36,725 nt of DNA from IMG/VR virus record IMGVR_UViG_3300009784_000004. One strand, given 5' to 3'. Made by a program: the position numbers and the translations under genes. The notes under the pieces are model-generated. The model made no database searches, had not been told where the DNA came from, and worked only from the letters and a program-made list of their open reading frames with translations. This DNA comes from a virus. Below, piece after piece: positions 17,275 to 24,723 of this stretch (position 1 is its first letter; every line of letters begins with the position of its first letter).

Positions 17275-19067
17275 GCTGCCTCCGGCATGGGCATAGGTGC
17301 GGATCCCGGTCCTGGTCCCGGCATTGGTCCAGCACCTGGCATAGGCCCGAGAGCCGGCCCTGGTGGAGGAGTTGCCTGCGCAATGAAACCCTGCGTAAGG
17401 GCCATGTAATCTCTCAGTAGGCCAAGTCTGGTATCTGGCACCATATCCAATCGAGCATCATGGTATGCCTGGTTGACCAGCCTCAACGCTAGGTGGTGAT
17501 CGTCGAACGGCTCGGGAGAGACGGCGAGACCATCGGTCAACATGGTTTTGATGTTGCGCTCGATGATACGTCGTGAAGCATTTGCCCGGCGCACGTATTG
17601 CTGCGTGTCGGGGAAGTCTACGATATCGAGAACATCCTCGGGTGGGATCATGCCTGCCTGAATCATGTCCTGCGCCCATGCGAGCTTGCCCGCGGGCGTG
17701 GAAGGGATCATCGATACGGGATAGACGTCGATAACCGGATCATCCACTGCCACGTCCGACCACCGAATCTGCTCTACAGCCCCCTGCGCCACCGAGCGCA
17801 CGCTGTAGCTCCCGCCAATCTTCTTGGCCATTCGCACCACGAGGTGCGCAATGTCGATAATGAACTGCTCGTAATCTCGGCCTACCTTCATGAACCGCTC
17901 GGACGCGATATCCTGATACGTCCTTTGCGCAGGCTCGGAATCGAGGCCCGCAGGCTTCTGACCTGTCGCATTCATTTGCGACACGCCCTCGTCCTCAAAT
18001 GCCTTATTGTAGATTTGCCACAAATGTGCGTATATCTCTTGAGATATAACCGAAGGGGCATGGTACGTTGGCGGAGTCCCGCTGTACTTGACGATGGCCG
18101 CGAGATCGTTGTTGATCTGCTGAACCAGCGTCTGCCCGTTCTGCACCATCCAGTGACCCTGGATAAGATGATGGCCCTTTTGAATTTGCTGAAGGAGCTT
18201 GTTGATCTCGCGCTGTTTGCCGGCTTGTGCCTCGGCAATGCCGACGCCGAAATAACCAATCACGTCCTCTTGCCAACGAATAACGGCGAAGGGGAAGGGA
18301 TCTTCCCATTCCTCGTCAACGAGAGTGGCGTTGTCAATGGCGATGACGTGCCGGCCCGGACTCTTTGGGCCTGCGAGATGCCATGCCTCGGTAACCAGAA
18401 CCTGGTCGGCGTTCGATTGCCAGGAGAATTCGCGGTCATCTGCCGACGCGGCCACCGTCATGATCTCTGACTCTTTGTCGGGATACGATTCCGCGAGCGT
18501 ATGCCGGTCTATGTAGAGTCGCTGATACATATTCCGGGGCTTCATGTGCAGCCCCTCGGCCTCGTCGACGACAATCGTATACGTCGGAGCGTGCTCGATA
18601 CAGACCCGACCATCCGCCTCGTACACCTTCACGAATCCGGTGCCGAAAATGCATGCATGCGCAAATGCGCGATCGGTTTCGACGTAGGCCTTCGTCTCTC
18701 GAAAAATACCAGAAACGAACTTGTCCAAGTTCTCCGCGAGCACGCGAGACTCGTAATCGCCGCCATCCGTGAGGAACTTTGGTTTTGGTCGATTCTTCGC
18801 CGCAATCTTGCTTACGGCGGTCTGCACCATATTACGAATGACGTTGAGCGATAGACTCGGCACCGTCGAATGGCGGCGAGTGCCAATTACGCCAAAACCG
18901 CTAATCGAGCGATCTGCGTAGAGTGTGGCGTTGCGCAGGTCGAGAAACTTGCGATCACCCTGCATGTTGCGCATTTCACGAACTCGCGTCACGAGCTCAA
19001 GATGCGGGGTACCCTCCACCTTCCACCATGCGAGAGGACCCGGTACGGACGCAAAGGCATTCAGCAT
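17271..19067 (-). CDS. Portal protein (598 aa) with a Pro/Gly-rich C-terminal tail
   Basis: Size and position (terminase, small gene, portal, scaffold, capsid). GAGGGGG RBS. The C-terminus is PPPGPALGPMPGAGPMPGPGPGSAPMPMPEAA. Confidence 0.65.
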   Translation of the reverse strand: MLNAFASVPGPLAWWKVEGTPHLELVTRVREMRNMQGDRKFLDLRNATLYADRSISGFGVIGTRRHSTVPSLSLNVIRNMVQTAVSKIAAKNRPKPKFLTDGGDYESRVLAENLDKFVSGIFRETKAYVETDRAFAHACIFGTGFVKVYEADGRVCIEHAPTYTIVVDEAEGLHMKPRNMYQRLYIDRHTLAESYPDKESEIMTVAASADDREFSWQSNADQVLVTEAWHLAGPKSPGRHVIAIDNATLVDEEWEDPFPFAVIRWQEDVIGYFGVGIAEAQAGKQREINKLLQQIQKGHHLIQGHWMVQNGQTLVQQINNDLAAIVKYSGTPPTYHAPSVISQEIYAHLWQIYNKAFEDEGVSQMNATGQKPAGLDSEPAQRTYQDIASERFMKVGRDYEQFIIDIAHLVVRMAKKIGGSYSVRSVAQGAVEQIRWSDVAVDDPVIDVYPVSMIPSTPAGKLAWAQDMIQAGMIPPEDVLDIVDFPDTQQYVRRANASRRIIERNIKTMLTDGLAVSPEPFDDHHLALRLVNQAYHDARLDMVPDTRLGLLRDYMALTQGFIAQATPPPGPALGPMPGAGPMPGPGPGSAPMPMPEAA

Positions 19068-19303
19068 GTAGACCCCCTCTTGAGTCGGAGGAGCCCTTCT
19101 CCGTCGAGACCGAGGTCGTCAAGTGCTACCCTTTCGACATCGACCAGCGTTGGCGCGTCATCGCTAGGAAGGTCTGGGGCAGTTTCTTTTCGTAGCGTCC
19201 CCGGCAACAAAGAGATCTTTGTGTTGCCGACCTCCAAACTGACAACGCCCCTCTCCTGCATCCAGGCGTGAAGTCGTGTCAGCTCCTCAAGGTCTACCTG
19301 CAC
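19061..19303 (-). CDS. Hypothetical small acidic protein (80 aa); start uncertain
   Basis: ORF between the terminase and portal genes. GTG start without a convincing RBS. Confidence 0.35.
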   Translation of the reverse strand: MQVDLEELTRLHAWMQERGVVSLEVGNTKISLLPGTLRKETAPDLPSDDAPTLVDVERVALDDLGLDGEGLLRLKRGSTC

Positions 19304-19399
19304 ACCGCACGCATAACGCTTTATTTCAGATCGTCAAGAACTTTTTGCGCACTATGAAACTTTTTCAGCTTCTCGTTTCGAGGCCTCGAAAAATCAGGG

Positions 19400-20773
19400 T
19401 CAATACCATCCGCTCTCTTCGCGCTCGCGAAGTGCGCGCTCTTCTGCCTCGATAAGCGCGCGTTCTTCTTCTGCCGCGCGCTCTTGCGCCGACGGGGGCG
19501 GAGCGGCTGGGCGCTCATGGTACGCCGTCGTCGCGCGCCATCCGTAGAGCACGCCGTCTGCGCAGTGATTTTCGAACCCCTCGCACTCCGTGCTTTGGTC
19601 TTCATTCCACGGTAATTCAGACCATTCTCTGATCAACGACTTGCACGCGGGACGATAGACCTTGATTCGCCCGCGTTCCAAATCTCCGTTCAGGAGACTC
19701 TGATATCCACGCTTATTGTGCTTGTCCGCCGCCTCAATGGGCAGACTGAAGCGTGCGCGCGCCTCTTCGACGTAGCCTTTGCCAAGGCCTCCAATGTCGC
19801 CGACCATGCGAACAAACTTGTATTTTGCGTTCAATCGCTGCGTCTCTTCAGCCGCAAGCGATGGCGTCATCTTGCGCCGCTTGTAGCTCTCGACGACGTA
19901 CGCGACTGGATCGTTCTTGCGCCAACCGAGAACGCTGAAGCTGCACGAGTCTGTAAATCCGTAGTCTTGGCCGAGCAGATAGAATTCGAGCTCAGGCAAG
20001 ACGTCCGTGCCGTTGCGGACGTCATCGTACGAGTAGACGAGGCCACCAGGAACGATGGTCCAGTCGCCGTCACGCAAACGCCGGCGCGTGTCCTCGTCGA
20101 GCCGCTCGAGCGATTCGATGTATTTTGCACGGTCTAAGTGCGGATTGTCGTCGAGGCGCGCCGGAACGTAGACGCCCTTGCGTGTTGCCTCGTCGACGTA
20201 CCGGTGCTTGACCCATGCGTGCCCGATGCCGATCGGGTTCGAGGCACAGCGAAAGCGAATAGGCACGTCATTGTCGATGTTGCGCCGGAGCCGCGAGAGC
20301 AGAAACACCGCGGGACGCTCAGGCCACGTCGTGATTTCGTCGATGCCGATGAACTGGAATTCTGCCGACGAAAAGCGATCGACGTCTCGCGGAGATTGGC
20401 AATGTGCGAACGTGAGCGTTGCGCCAGAAGGAAAGGTGAATTTTTTGAGATCGGCATTCCAGTGCGCGCGCGTACCCGCAAGCCATTTCTGCGCGCGATC
20501 CATGATGGCGCCCTCGAGGGCGAGCTCGGGGTACGTTCGGCGCAGAATGAGTGCCGCGTAGCCTGGGACGTCCACGTATTGGAGCGCCGCCATCAGGAGC
20601 GCGTCGCTCTTACCTCCGCCTGCTGCACCGCCGTAGAGGGCCTCGAGGCAGTCGAGCGCGAGGAATTCGCGCTGCTTTTCCGTCGGCTCGTGAGGACAGA
20701 ACGGACGCGGCGAATAACGCGTAATCGTAGCTTCGGCACAGGCCTCGATGTCGGCGAGGTCAATCGGATCCAC
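19400..20773 (-). CDS. terL: Terminase large subunit (457 aa)
   Basis: Walker A-like GGAAGGGKSDA near the N-terminus, then ...FIGIDEITTW (Walker B-like), and a C-terminal nuclease-type region. Located directly upstream of the portal module. Confidence 0.85.
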   Translation of the reverse strand: MDPIDLADIEACAEATITRYSPRPFCPHEPTEKQREFLALDCLEALYGGAAGGGKSDALLMAALQYVDVPGYAALILRRTYPELALEGAIMDRAQKWLAGTRAHWNADLKKFTFPSGATLTFAHCQSPRDVDRFSSAEFQFIGIDEITTWPERPAVFLLSRLRRNIDNDVPIRFRCASNPIGIGHAWVKHRYVDEATRKGVYVPARLDDNPHLDRAKYIESLERLDEDTRRRLRDGDWTIVPGGLVYSYDDVRNGTDVLPELEFYLLGQDYGFTDSCSFSVLGWRKNDPVAYVVESYKRRKMTPSLAAEETQRLNAKYKFVRMVGDIGGLGKGYVEEARARFSLPIEAADKHNKRGYQSLLNGDLERGRIKVYRPACKSLIREWSELPWNEDQSTECEGFENHCADGVLYGWRATTAYHERPAAPPPSAQERAAEEERALIEAEERALREREESGWY

Positions 20774-21374
20774 GCGTGCGCCGTATCTTCATCCGCCACC
20801 AATAGTATCGATCACACGAAGCGCAATACGCCGTACCTCCCGTCACCCGCTTGCGGCGGCCGCCTACGCGATCTTCTTCCGTGATCTCAAGAGCCCCGTA
20901 ACATTTGAGACATGAAAATAGCAGACCGTCTTCTTCGGTGTCTTTTCTCTCGTCCCCCTCTTTGGGCCCACTTTTTTCCGCCAGCTCTCTTTTGGTGTCG
21001 GCAAGTTGCGTCAGTGCATCATTGAGTGCGTTTTGAAGCGCCACCTTGTCTGCGACCAACCCTGACATTTGCCGACCCAAATCAACGGCTTTCCCTTCCA
21101 GCACTCGGATCTTCTCAGCGTCGCCAAGCTGGTGAAAATGCCCCGGCTGCGCAAGCGGCGGCGAACGCGCTTCAAGCTGCCACGCCCCGCAGCCATTCAG
21201 ACAACGAATCAACGAATTGATGTGGTAATACGTTGGCTCTCTGTATATCTCGCTGGATTGAGACTCGCACTCTGAATGGCATCTCAGACAGCGCGCAAAA
21301 ATACTCCCGTTCGATTTCCACTCTAGCGAAAAGGCCGGAGGAATAGCGCCTTTCTCTAGGGCGATATTGCTCAT
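20760..21374 (-). CDS. Double zinc-ribbon coiled-coil protein (204 aa); small-terminase candidate by position
   Basis: N-terminal CLRC...CLNGC and C-terminal CLKC...CASC Cys pairs flank a coiled-coil segment (ALQNALNDALTQLADTKRELAEK). Its 3' end overlaps the terL start by 14 nt. Confidence 0.5.
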   Translation of the reverse strand: MSNIALEKGAIPPAFSLEWKSNGSIFARCLRCHSECESQSSEIYREPTYYHINSLIRCLNGCGAWQLEARSPPLAQPGHFHQLGDAEKIRVLEGKAVDLGRQMSGLVADKVALQNALNDALTQLADTKRELAEKSGPKEGDERKDTEEDGLLFSCLKCYGALEITEEDRVGGRRKRVTGGTAYCASCDRYYWWRMKIRRTRGSD

Positions 21375-21583
21375 TTTTTAGCTGCCTTCCCGGGCGTCAT
21401 CCACGCAATATTGGATATGTGCGTGAGCCTACAATCGGTCCCTTTTTTGATTTGGATGATCCCCGACGCGAGGTCAAGCTCGATGTCGTATCCCTGCGCA
21501 CGAGTCATGCGTGACTCGAGTTGGCGCGTTGGCTGGTCGGGCGGAGGAACGCGATCGTGAAAAAAGACTTCGTCGAGAATCAT
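21371..21583 (-). CDS. Hypothetical protein (70 aa)
   Basis: AAGGAG RBS 6 nt upstream. ATGA overlaps at both ends. Confidence 0.5.
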   Translation of the reverse strand: MILDEVFFHDRVPPPDQPTRQLESRMTRAQGYDIELDLASGIIQIKKGTDCRLTHISNIAWMTPGKAAKK

Positions 21584-22023
21584 GATTTACTCCTTGGCCA
21601 AATTAGATATGGCCGAAATGCCCAATTAGGCGGAATGCCGAATTTTACCGCAAGGTCGGTGCGGTGCGTGTAGTCGAGGCCCATCTCGAGCAGCTCTCGC
21701 GTCATCCACGACGCGACGCCCAGTCGGCGCCATCTTGGTTTGACGGCCAGATAATGCACCACAGTTAGCGGCGCGTCTGGCGTAAGGCCCTCTCGGGCGT
21801 GCCATCCTACGATGACGTCAGGCTCAGCACGCAAACACGCAATACGCACCACCGAGCGCGCGACCAGCGCTTCCGCGATGGGCGCATAATCTGCACACAG
21901 ATCGCGGTGGTCAACGTAGCCGTGCAACCCATGCGCCGAGTAGCTACGCACCCATGACGACAAGACGTAGTTTTTGTCGCTCTCGCGCATATCGCGCAAG
22001 GTCAGTTCGGACGCGACATCCAC
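21580..22023 (-). CDS. GNAT-family N-acetyltransferase (147 aa)
   Basis: VHYLAVKPRWRRLGVASWM fits the acetyl-CoA-binding motif A (R/Q-x-x-G-x-G/A) after a beta strand. Size is typical of a single GNAT domain. AGGAG lies 9 nt before the GTG at 22023. Confidence 0.6.
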   Translation of the reverse strand: MDVASELTLRDMRESDKNYVLSSWVRSYSAHGLHGYVDHRDLCADYAPIAEALVARSVVRIACLRAEPDVIVGWHAREGLTPDAPLTVVHYLAVKPRWRRLGVASWMTRELLEMGLDYTHRTDLAVKFGIPPNWAFRPYLIWPRSKS

Positions 22024-22077
22024 CGCACGCTGCTCCTGCTATGCATTTTTTGCGTAGTAGCATGTGCTGGACGCGTG

Positions 22078-22467
22078 TCAAGTCATGAGGCTCCACAGGT
22101 AGTCACCGATCGACTGCTCCCCGCGGCAAGCATCGACGCGCTCCCACTGCTCAGTCGTCAAGTAGATCGAGCGCCGCTCCTTTTTGCGCTGCGACTCATC
22201 GAACTTTTTGCGAAGTGGGTTCTCGTAGCGCGCAATCCCGTTCGCGCGCAAAAACTGCCACACGGGCGATGTGTCAGGGTAATCGCGCGTCAAGCGCGCG
22301 AGAGGCGCGCGGCGCCACGTCGTAGAGTTCGGACCCCTCAGCCACGCAACGCGTGCATGTTTTGTGCCTGAACAAACGATACGGCTAAACCGAAGTCTAC
22401 CGCCATCAATCTCGTATTCTTGTGACAAGTTGTCCATGGGAGGGCGGGGCGGAGTCGAACAGCCCAA
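22078..22467 (-). CDS. Hypothetical protein, possible C-terminal ribbon-helix-helix-like segment; start uncertain (TTG 22467 or ATG 22437)
   Basis: ORF with coding-like composition. The C-terminal RRSIYLTTEQWERVDACRGEQSIGDYLWSLM loosely resembles a CopG/RHH strand-helix-helix. Confidence 0.4.
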   Translation of the reverse strand: MGCSTPPRPPMDNLSQEYEIDGGRLRFSRIVCSGTKHARVAWLRGPNSTTWRRAPLARLTRDYPDTSPVWQFLRANGIARYENPLRKKFDESQRKKERRSIYLTTEQWERVDACRGEQSIGDYLWSLMT

Positions 22468-22492
22468 AACCGTGCGCCCTCAGGTCCGCAAA

Positions 22493-23014
22493 TTATGCGG
22501 ACTCAAACCAAACCATCGGATCACAGTTCTGCGGCCCGTCATCGATGTCCCACCCATCCAGACGTTTCACTTTGCGTGTCCCACACCCGGGACACGTCCA
22601 CTCATAGTGATGAGCGTCCCTCGGCTGCTCCACTTGCTCCCACAGGTGGTGACACGAACCATCACCACACCACGCGCACGACACGAACCGTTGCGGGAGC
22701 GTAATATGACTGGTGGTGTGCGAGTGGTTGTCTAGGTGCGCGGAATACTCCACCACCACCGACCGCTTATTCCGCAGCTCGGATGGCCACGGGACGTGCT
22801 CTACATGCCGCTCTGACATGGTGCCACGTCCCGCGCGGAGCGTCCACGCGTGATCGTCCAGGTCCAGGATGGCGTGTCGAATAGTCTCCTCTTCCGTGTC
22901 CTGGACATCGATGACACACGGCGGCTCGTCCCTGTGGGCACCTGCCACCTTGTGGGTGACGACAAGTTCGCCTCCCACAAACTCATACCATGCACGAATA
23001 TATACCTTAACCAT
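22493..23014 (-). CDS. His/Cys-rich hypothetical protein (173 aa), probable Zn-binding C-terminus
   Basis: GAAAGGTAGGAT RBS block before the ATG at 23014. CAWCGDGSCHH...CPGC motif. Confidence 0.5.
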   Translation of the reverse strand: MVKVYIRAWYEFVGGELVVTHKVAGAHRDEPPCVIDVQDTEEETIRHAILDLDDHAWTLRAGRGTMSERHVEHVPWPSELRNKRSVVVEYSAHLDNHSHTTSHITLPQRFVSCAWCGDGSCHHLWEQVEQPRDAHHYEWTCPGCGTRKVKRLDGWDIDDGPQNCDPMVWFESA

Positions 23015-23114
23015 AACATCCTACCTTTCATCGCCGTCTAATCCAGACGACGTACGGGCTCGAGTCCCGCCTACTGCCCCACCGGTGAGGATGGGGCAGT
23101 GAGCGAAACGCGAA

Positions 23115-23294
23115 CTACTCGGTACTGACGGCGCCGTCCTCGATGGTGGCTACGGTATGCCCCTGGTCATCGCTGATATCGACGCCCCATGCTGGCTGGT
23201 GCTCGGCCTCCACCACCTTCCCCCGCTCGATGGCCTCAGCCAGCGAGCCGTCGAACTTCTCCCGCGTCTTCACAGATGAGATGACGTATTCCAC
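23115..23294 (-). CDS. Small acidic hypothetical protein (59 aa), not in the supplied ORF track
   Basis: GTG at 23294 is preceded by the same GAAAGGTAGGAT block seen at 23014. Hand translation gives VEYVISSVKTREKFDGSLAEAIERGKVVEAEHQPAWGVDISDDQGHTVATIEDGAVSTE, with a TAG stop at 23115-23117. Confidence 0.45.
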   Translation of the reverse strand: MEYVISSVKTREKFDGSLAEAIERGKVVEAEHQPAWGVDISDDQGHTVATIEDGAVSTE

Positions 23295-23356
23295 GATATC
23301 CTACCTTTCGCGCGAGGCCCATCATGTCCTCGCACCCATCACTATAATCACTGGAT

Positions 23357-23386
23357 GCCCAGCGTCTAGTACGCTGGGCGCTTTTT
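23357..23386 (+). terminator. Intrinsic-terminator-like hairpin oriented on the plus strand, inside the minus-strand gene array
   Basis: 9-bp stem GCCCAGCGT (23357-23365) pairs with ACGCTGGGC (23371-23379) around a 5-nt loop, followed by GC plus T5 (23382-23386). On the minus strand there is an A-run before the hairpin and no T-run after it. Confidence 0.5.
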
Positions 23387-23488
23387 GGTAGGATGATGTA
23401 GTCAAAGCGTTATGCGGATTTTGCGTCAAAAGACGTGCCGTCATAACCCATGCCGCATTGCTGGCACGAAATACTTTCCTCAGTGAAG

Positions 23489-23995
23489 TTAGCCGCCGTC
23501 CGGGCCATCGGCCGGAAGGGCAGCGAGGGCGGCGGCAATCTTCAACTGCGCGGCCAGTAGGCGCGCACGTTTGGTTGCTGGTGGCATAGCGTCCCATTGC
23601 GCCACCAGAACGGCGTGCTCCACTCGTATTGGGGCGTGTAGGCCCAAGAGCCTGTCCTGCTCCGCGACGGCAGCAACGGCTGTCCTGGTGTCGGGGGACA
23701 GGTAGAGCTCTCCCGTCTTCGAGTTCGGGAGCTCTCGTTTCAGTGCGACTGAAATTATGTGGTCAAGCCTCGCGCTGTTGCGGGCGATGAGCGACTCACG
23801 GTCTGCGGTAGCCATACCACGTAGCTGACGTTCGGCCTCTCGGACCCATCGCGCAACGGTGTCTTGGGTGACGCCGTGCTTGGCTTGCAGCTCGAGTGAC
23901 GTGGCGTAGCTCCACTTACATTCTGCGATATCGCGAGCAACCCCAGCAATAATCAGTTCATTGCTTGTCTCACTTTTGACTACCTTTTTCGACAT
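23489..23995 (-). CDS. HTH-containing protein (168 aa); small terminase subunit or late regulator candidate
   Basis: The N-terminal SLELQAKHGVTQDTVARWVREAERQL resembles the HTH of small terminases (Terminase_2-like). It is followed by a helical oligomerisation-like region. Confidence 0.45.
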   Translation of the reverse strand: MSKKVVKSETSNELIIAGVARDIAECKWSYATSLELQAKHGVTQDTVARWVREAERQLRGMATADRESLIARNSARLDHIISVALKRELPNSKTGELYLSPDTRTAVAAVAEQDRLLGLHAPIRVEHAVLVAQWDAMPPATKRARLLAAQLKIAAALAALPADGPDGG

Positions 23996-24003
23996 TTACA
24001 TAC

Positions 24004-24411
24004 CTATTGGCGTACGTAACTCACGTTGTAGGTACCAACACAACTTTCGCCGTCGCGAAGAGTGACGGTGAGAGTAACGGTACCTTCGATTACTGAACCG
24101 TCATCCGTAACCTGCGTCGTCACGCCGGTGCCCTTCGTCGTCGACCCATCAGGGTTCGTACATGTGAGCGTGCGTGCGTCCTGGCATTGATCGGCACTCC
24201 ACGCATCAGAAGTAACGACGCATCCAGGAGTCACGTCACTGGCTATCAGCGACGAAGGCACATCTCCGCACGTGCCAGAGAGCGTCGTAGCCGTCATTAA
24301 ATAGGTGCCCTGACGATCTGTCGGGGAACACAAGATAGGCGACGATCCATAACCTGAACTGCATGACACAAGAGAAACGAAGAGGACTGCGAGCATGAGG
24401 GAGGTCTTCAT
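24004..24411 (-). CDS. Secreted lipoprotein (135 aa), Cys-rich mature domain
   Basis: From the ATG at 24411: MKTSLMLAVLFVSLVS-C, a signal peptide with lipobox LVSC. The mature part has 8 more Cys and is Thr/Ser/Gly-rich. No SD sequence seen. Confidence 0.65.
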   Translation of the reverse strand: MKTSLMLAVLFVSLVSCSSGYGSSPILCSPTDRQGTYLMTATTLSGTCGDVPSSLIASDVTPGCVVTSDAWSADQCQDARTLTCTNPDGSTTKGTGVTTQVTDDGSVIEGTVTLTVTLRDGESCVGTYNVSYVRQ

Positions 24412-24435
24412 GGCAACACGATACTGCCGCGCTAT

Positions 24436-24723
24436 GCAGGTGATCACCAATTTTCATCACCGGCATAAAATTATCATTGATTTCAATAACTTAGGCCCAA
24501 ATGCAGGTGATCGCAGGTGATGTTGAGGGCAACCTTCGTGCGCGCCTGTGCGCGTACGCACGCGCGATCATTATATGCATTTTTCTTATTTTCACTTTTC
24601 CCTCCTTAGCATTGAAAACATCACCTGCATCACCTGCAGAATTGGTTATTTGCCTATAATATAGATGGATCATATGCAGGTGATGGTGCAGGTGATGCGC
24701 AGGTGATGCTGTGGATCACCTGC
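24436..24723. repeat. Iteron cluster: 9 exact copies of GCAGGTGAT/ATCACCTGC plus 1 degenerate copy, flanking an AT-rich core
   Basis: Forward copies start at 24436, 24503, 24513, 24676, 24688 and 24699. Reverse copies start at 24620, 24629 and 24715. A degenerate ATCACCgGC starts at 24456. The AT-rich stretch is about 24566-24619. Confidence 0.85.

Noticed and set aside
17275-17380. Repetitive GGC/CCT-rich DNA that might be a tandem repeat element.
   Set aside because: It encodes the Pro/Gly-rich C-terminal tail of the portal protein (GPMPG-type low complexity). There is no exact nucleotide periodicity.
19376-19391. 16-bp palindrome TTTCGAGGCCTCGAAA downstream of terL, as a possible terminator.
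   Set aside because: There is no T-run on either strand and effectively no loop. It may be a protein-binding palindrome, but nothing supports that.
19321-19605. 94-aa minus-strand ORF overlapping the terL 3' end.
   Set aside because: It is an out-of-frame overlap with the well-supported terminase gene, and its product is Arg/Lys/Ser low-complexity.
22054-22082. Minus-strand TTGACA-17 nt-TACTAC as a late promoter upstream of the GNAT gene.
   Set aside because: The -10 hexamer is poor, and I found no supporting evidence. It is mentioned only as context in the GNAT finding.
23143-23391. 82-aa plus-strand ORF.
   Set aside because: It has no RBS and runs through the terminator stem-loop. It lies antisense to a 59-aa ORF that has a conserved RBS block.
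24436-24723. The short repeats might be a CRISPR array.
   Set aside because: The repeats are only 9 nt, occur in both orientations, are often directly adjacent with no spacers, and no cas genes are present.
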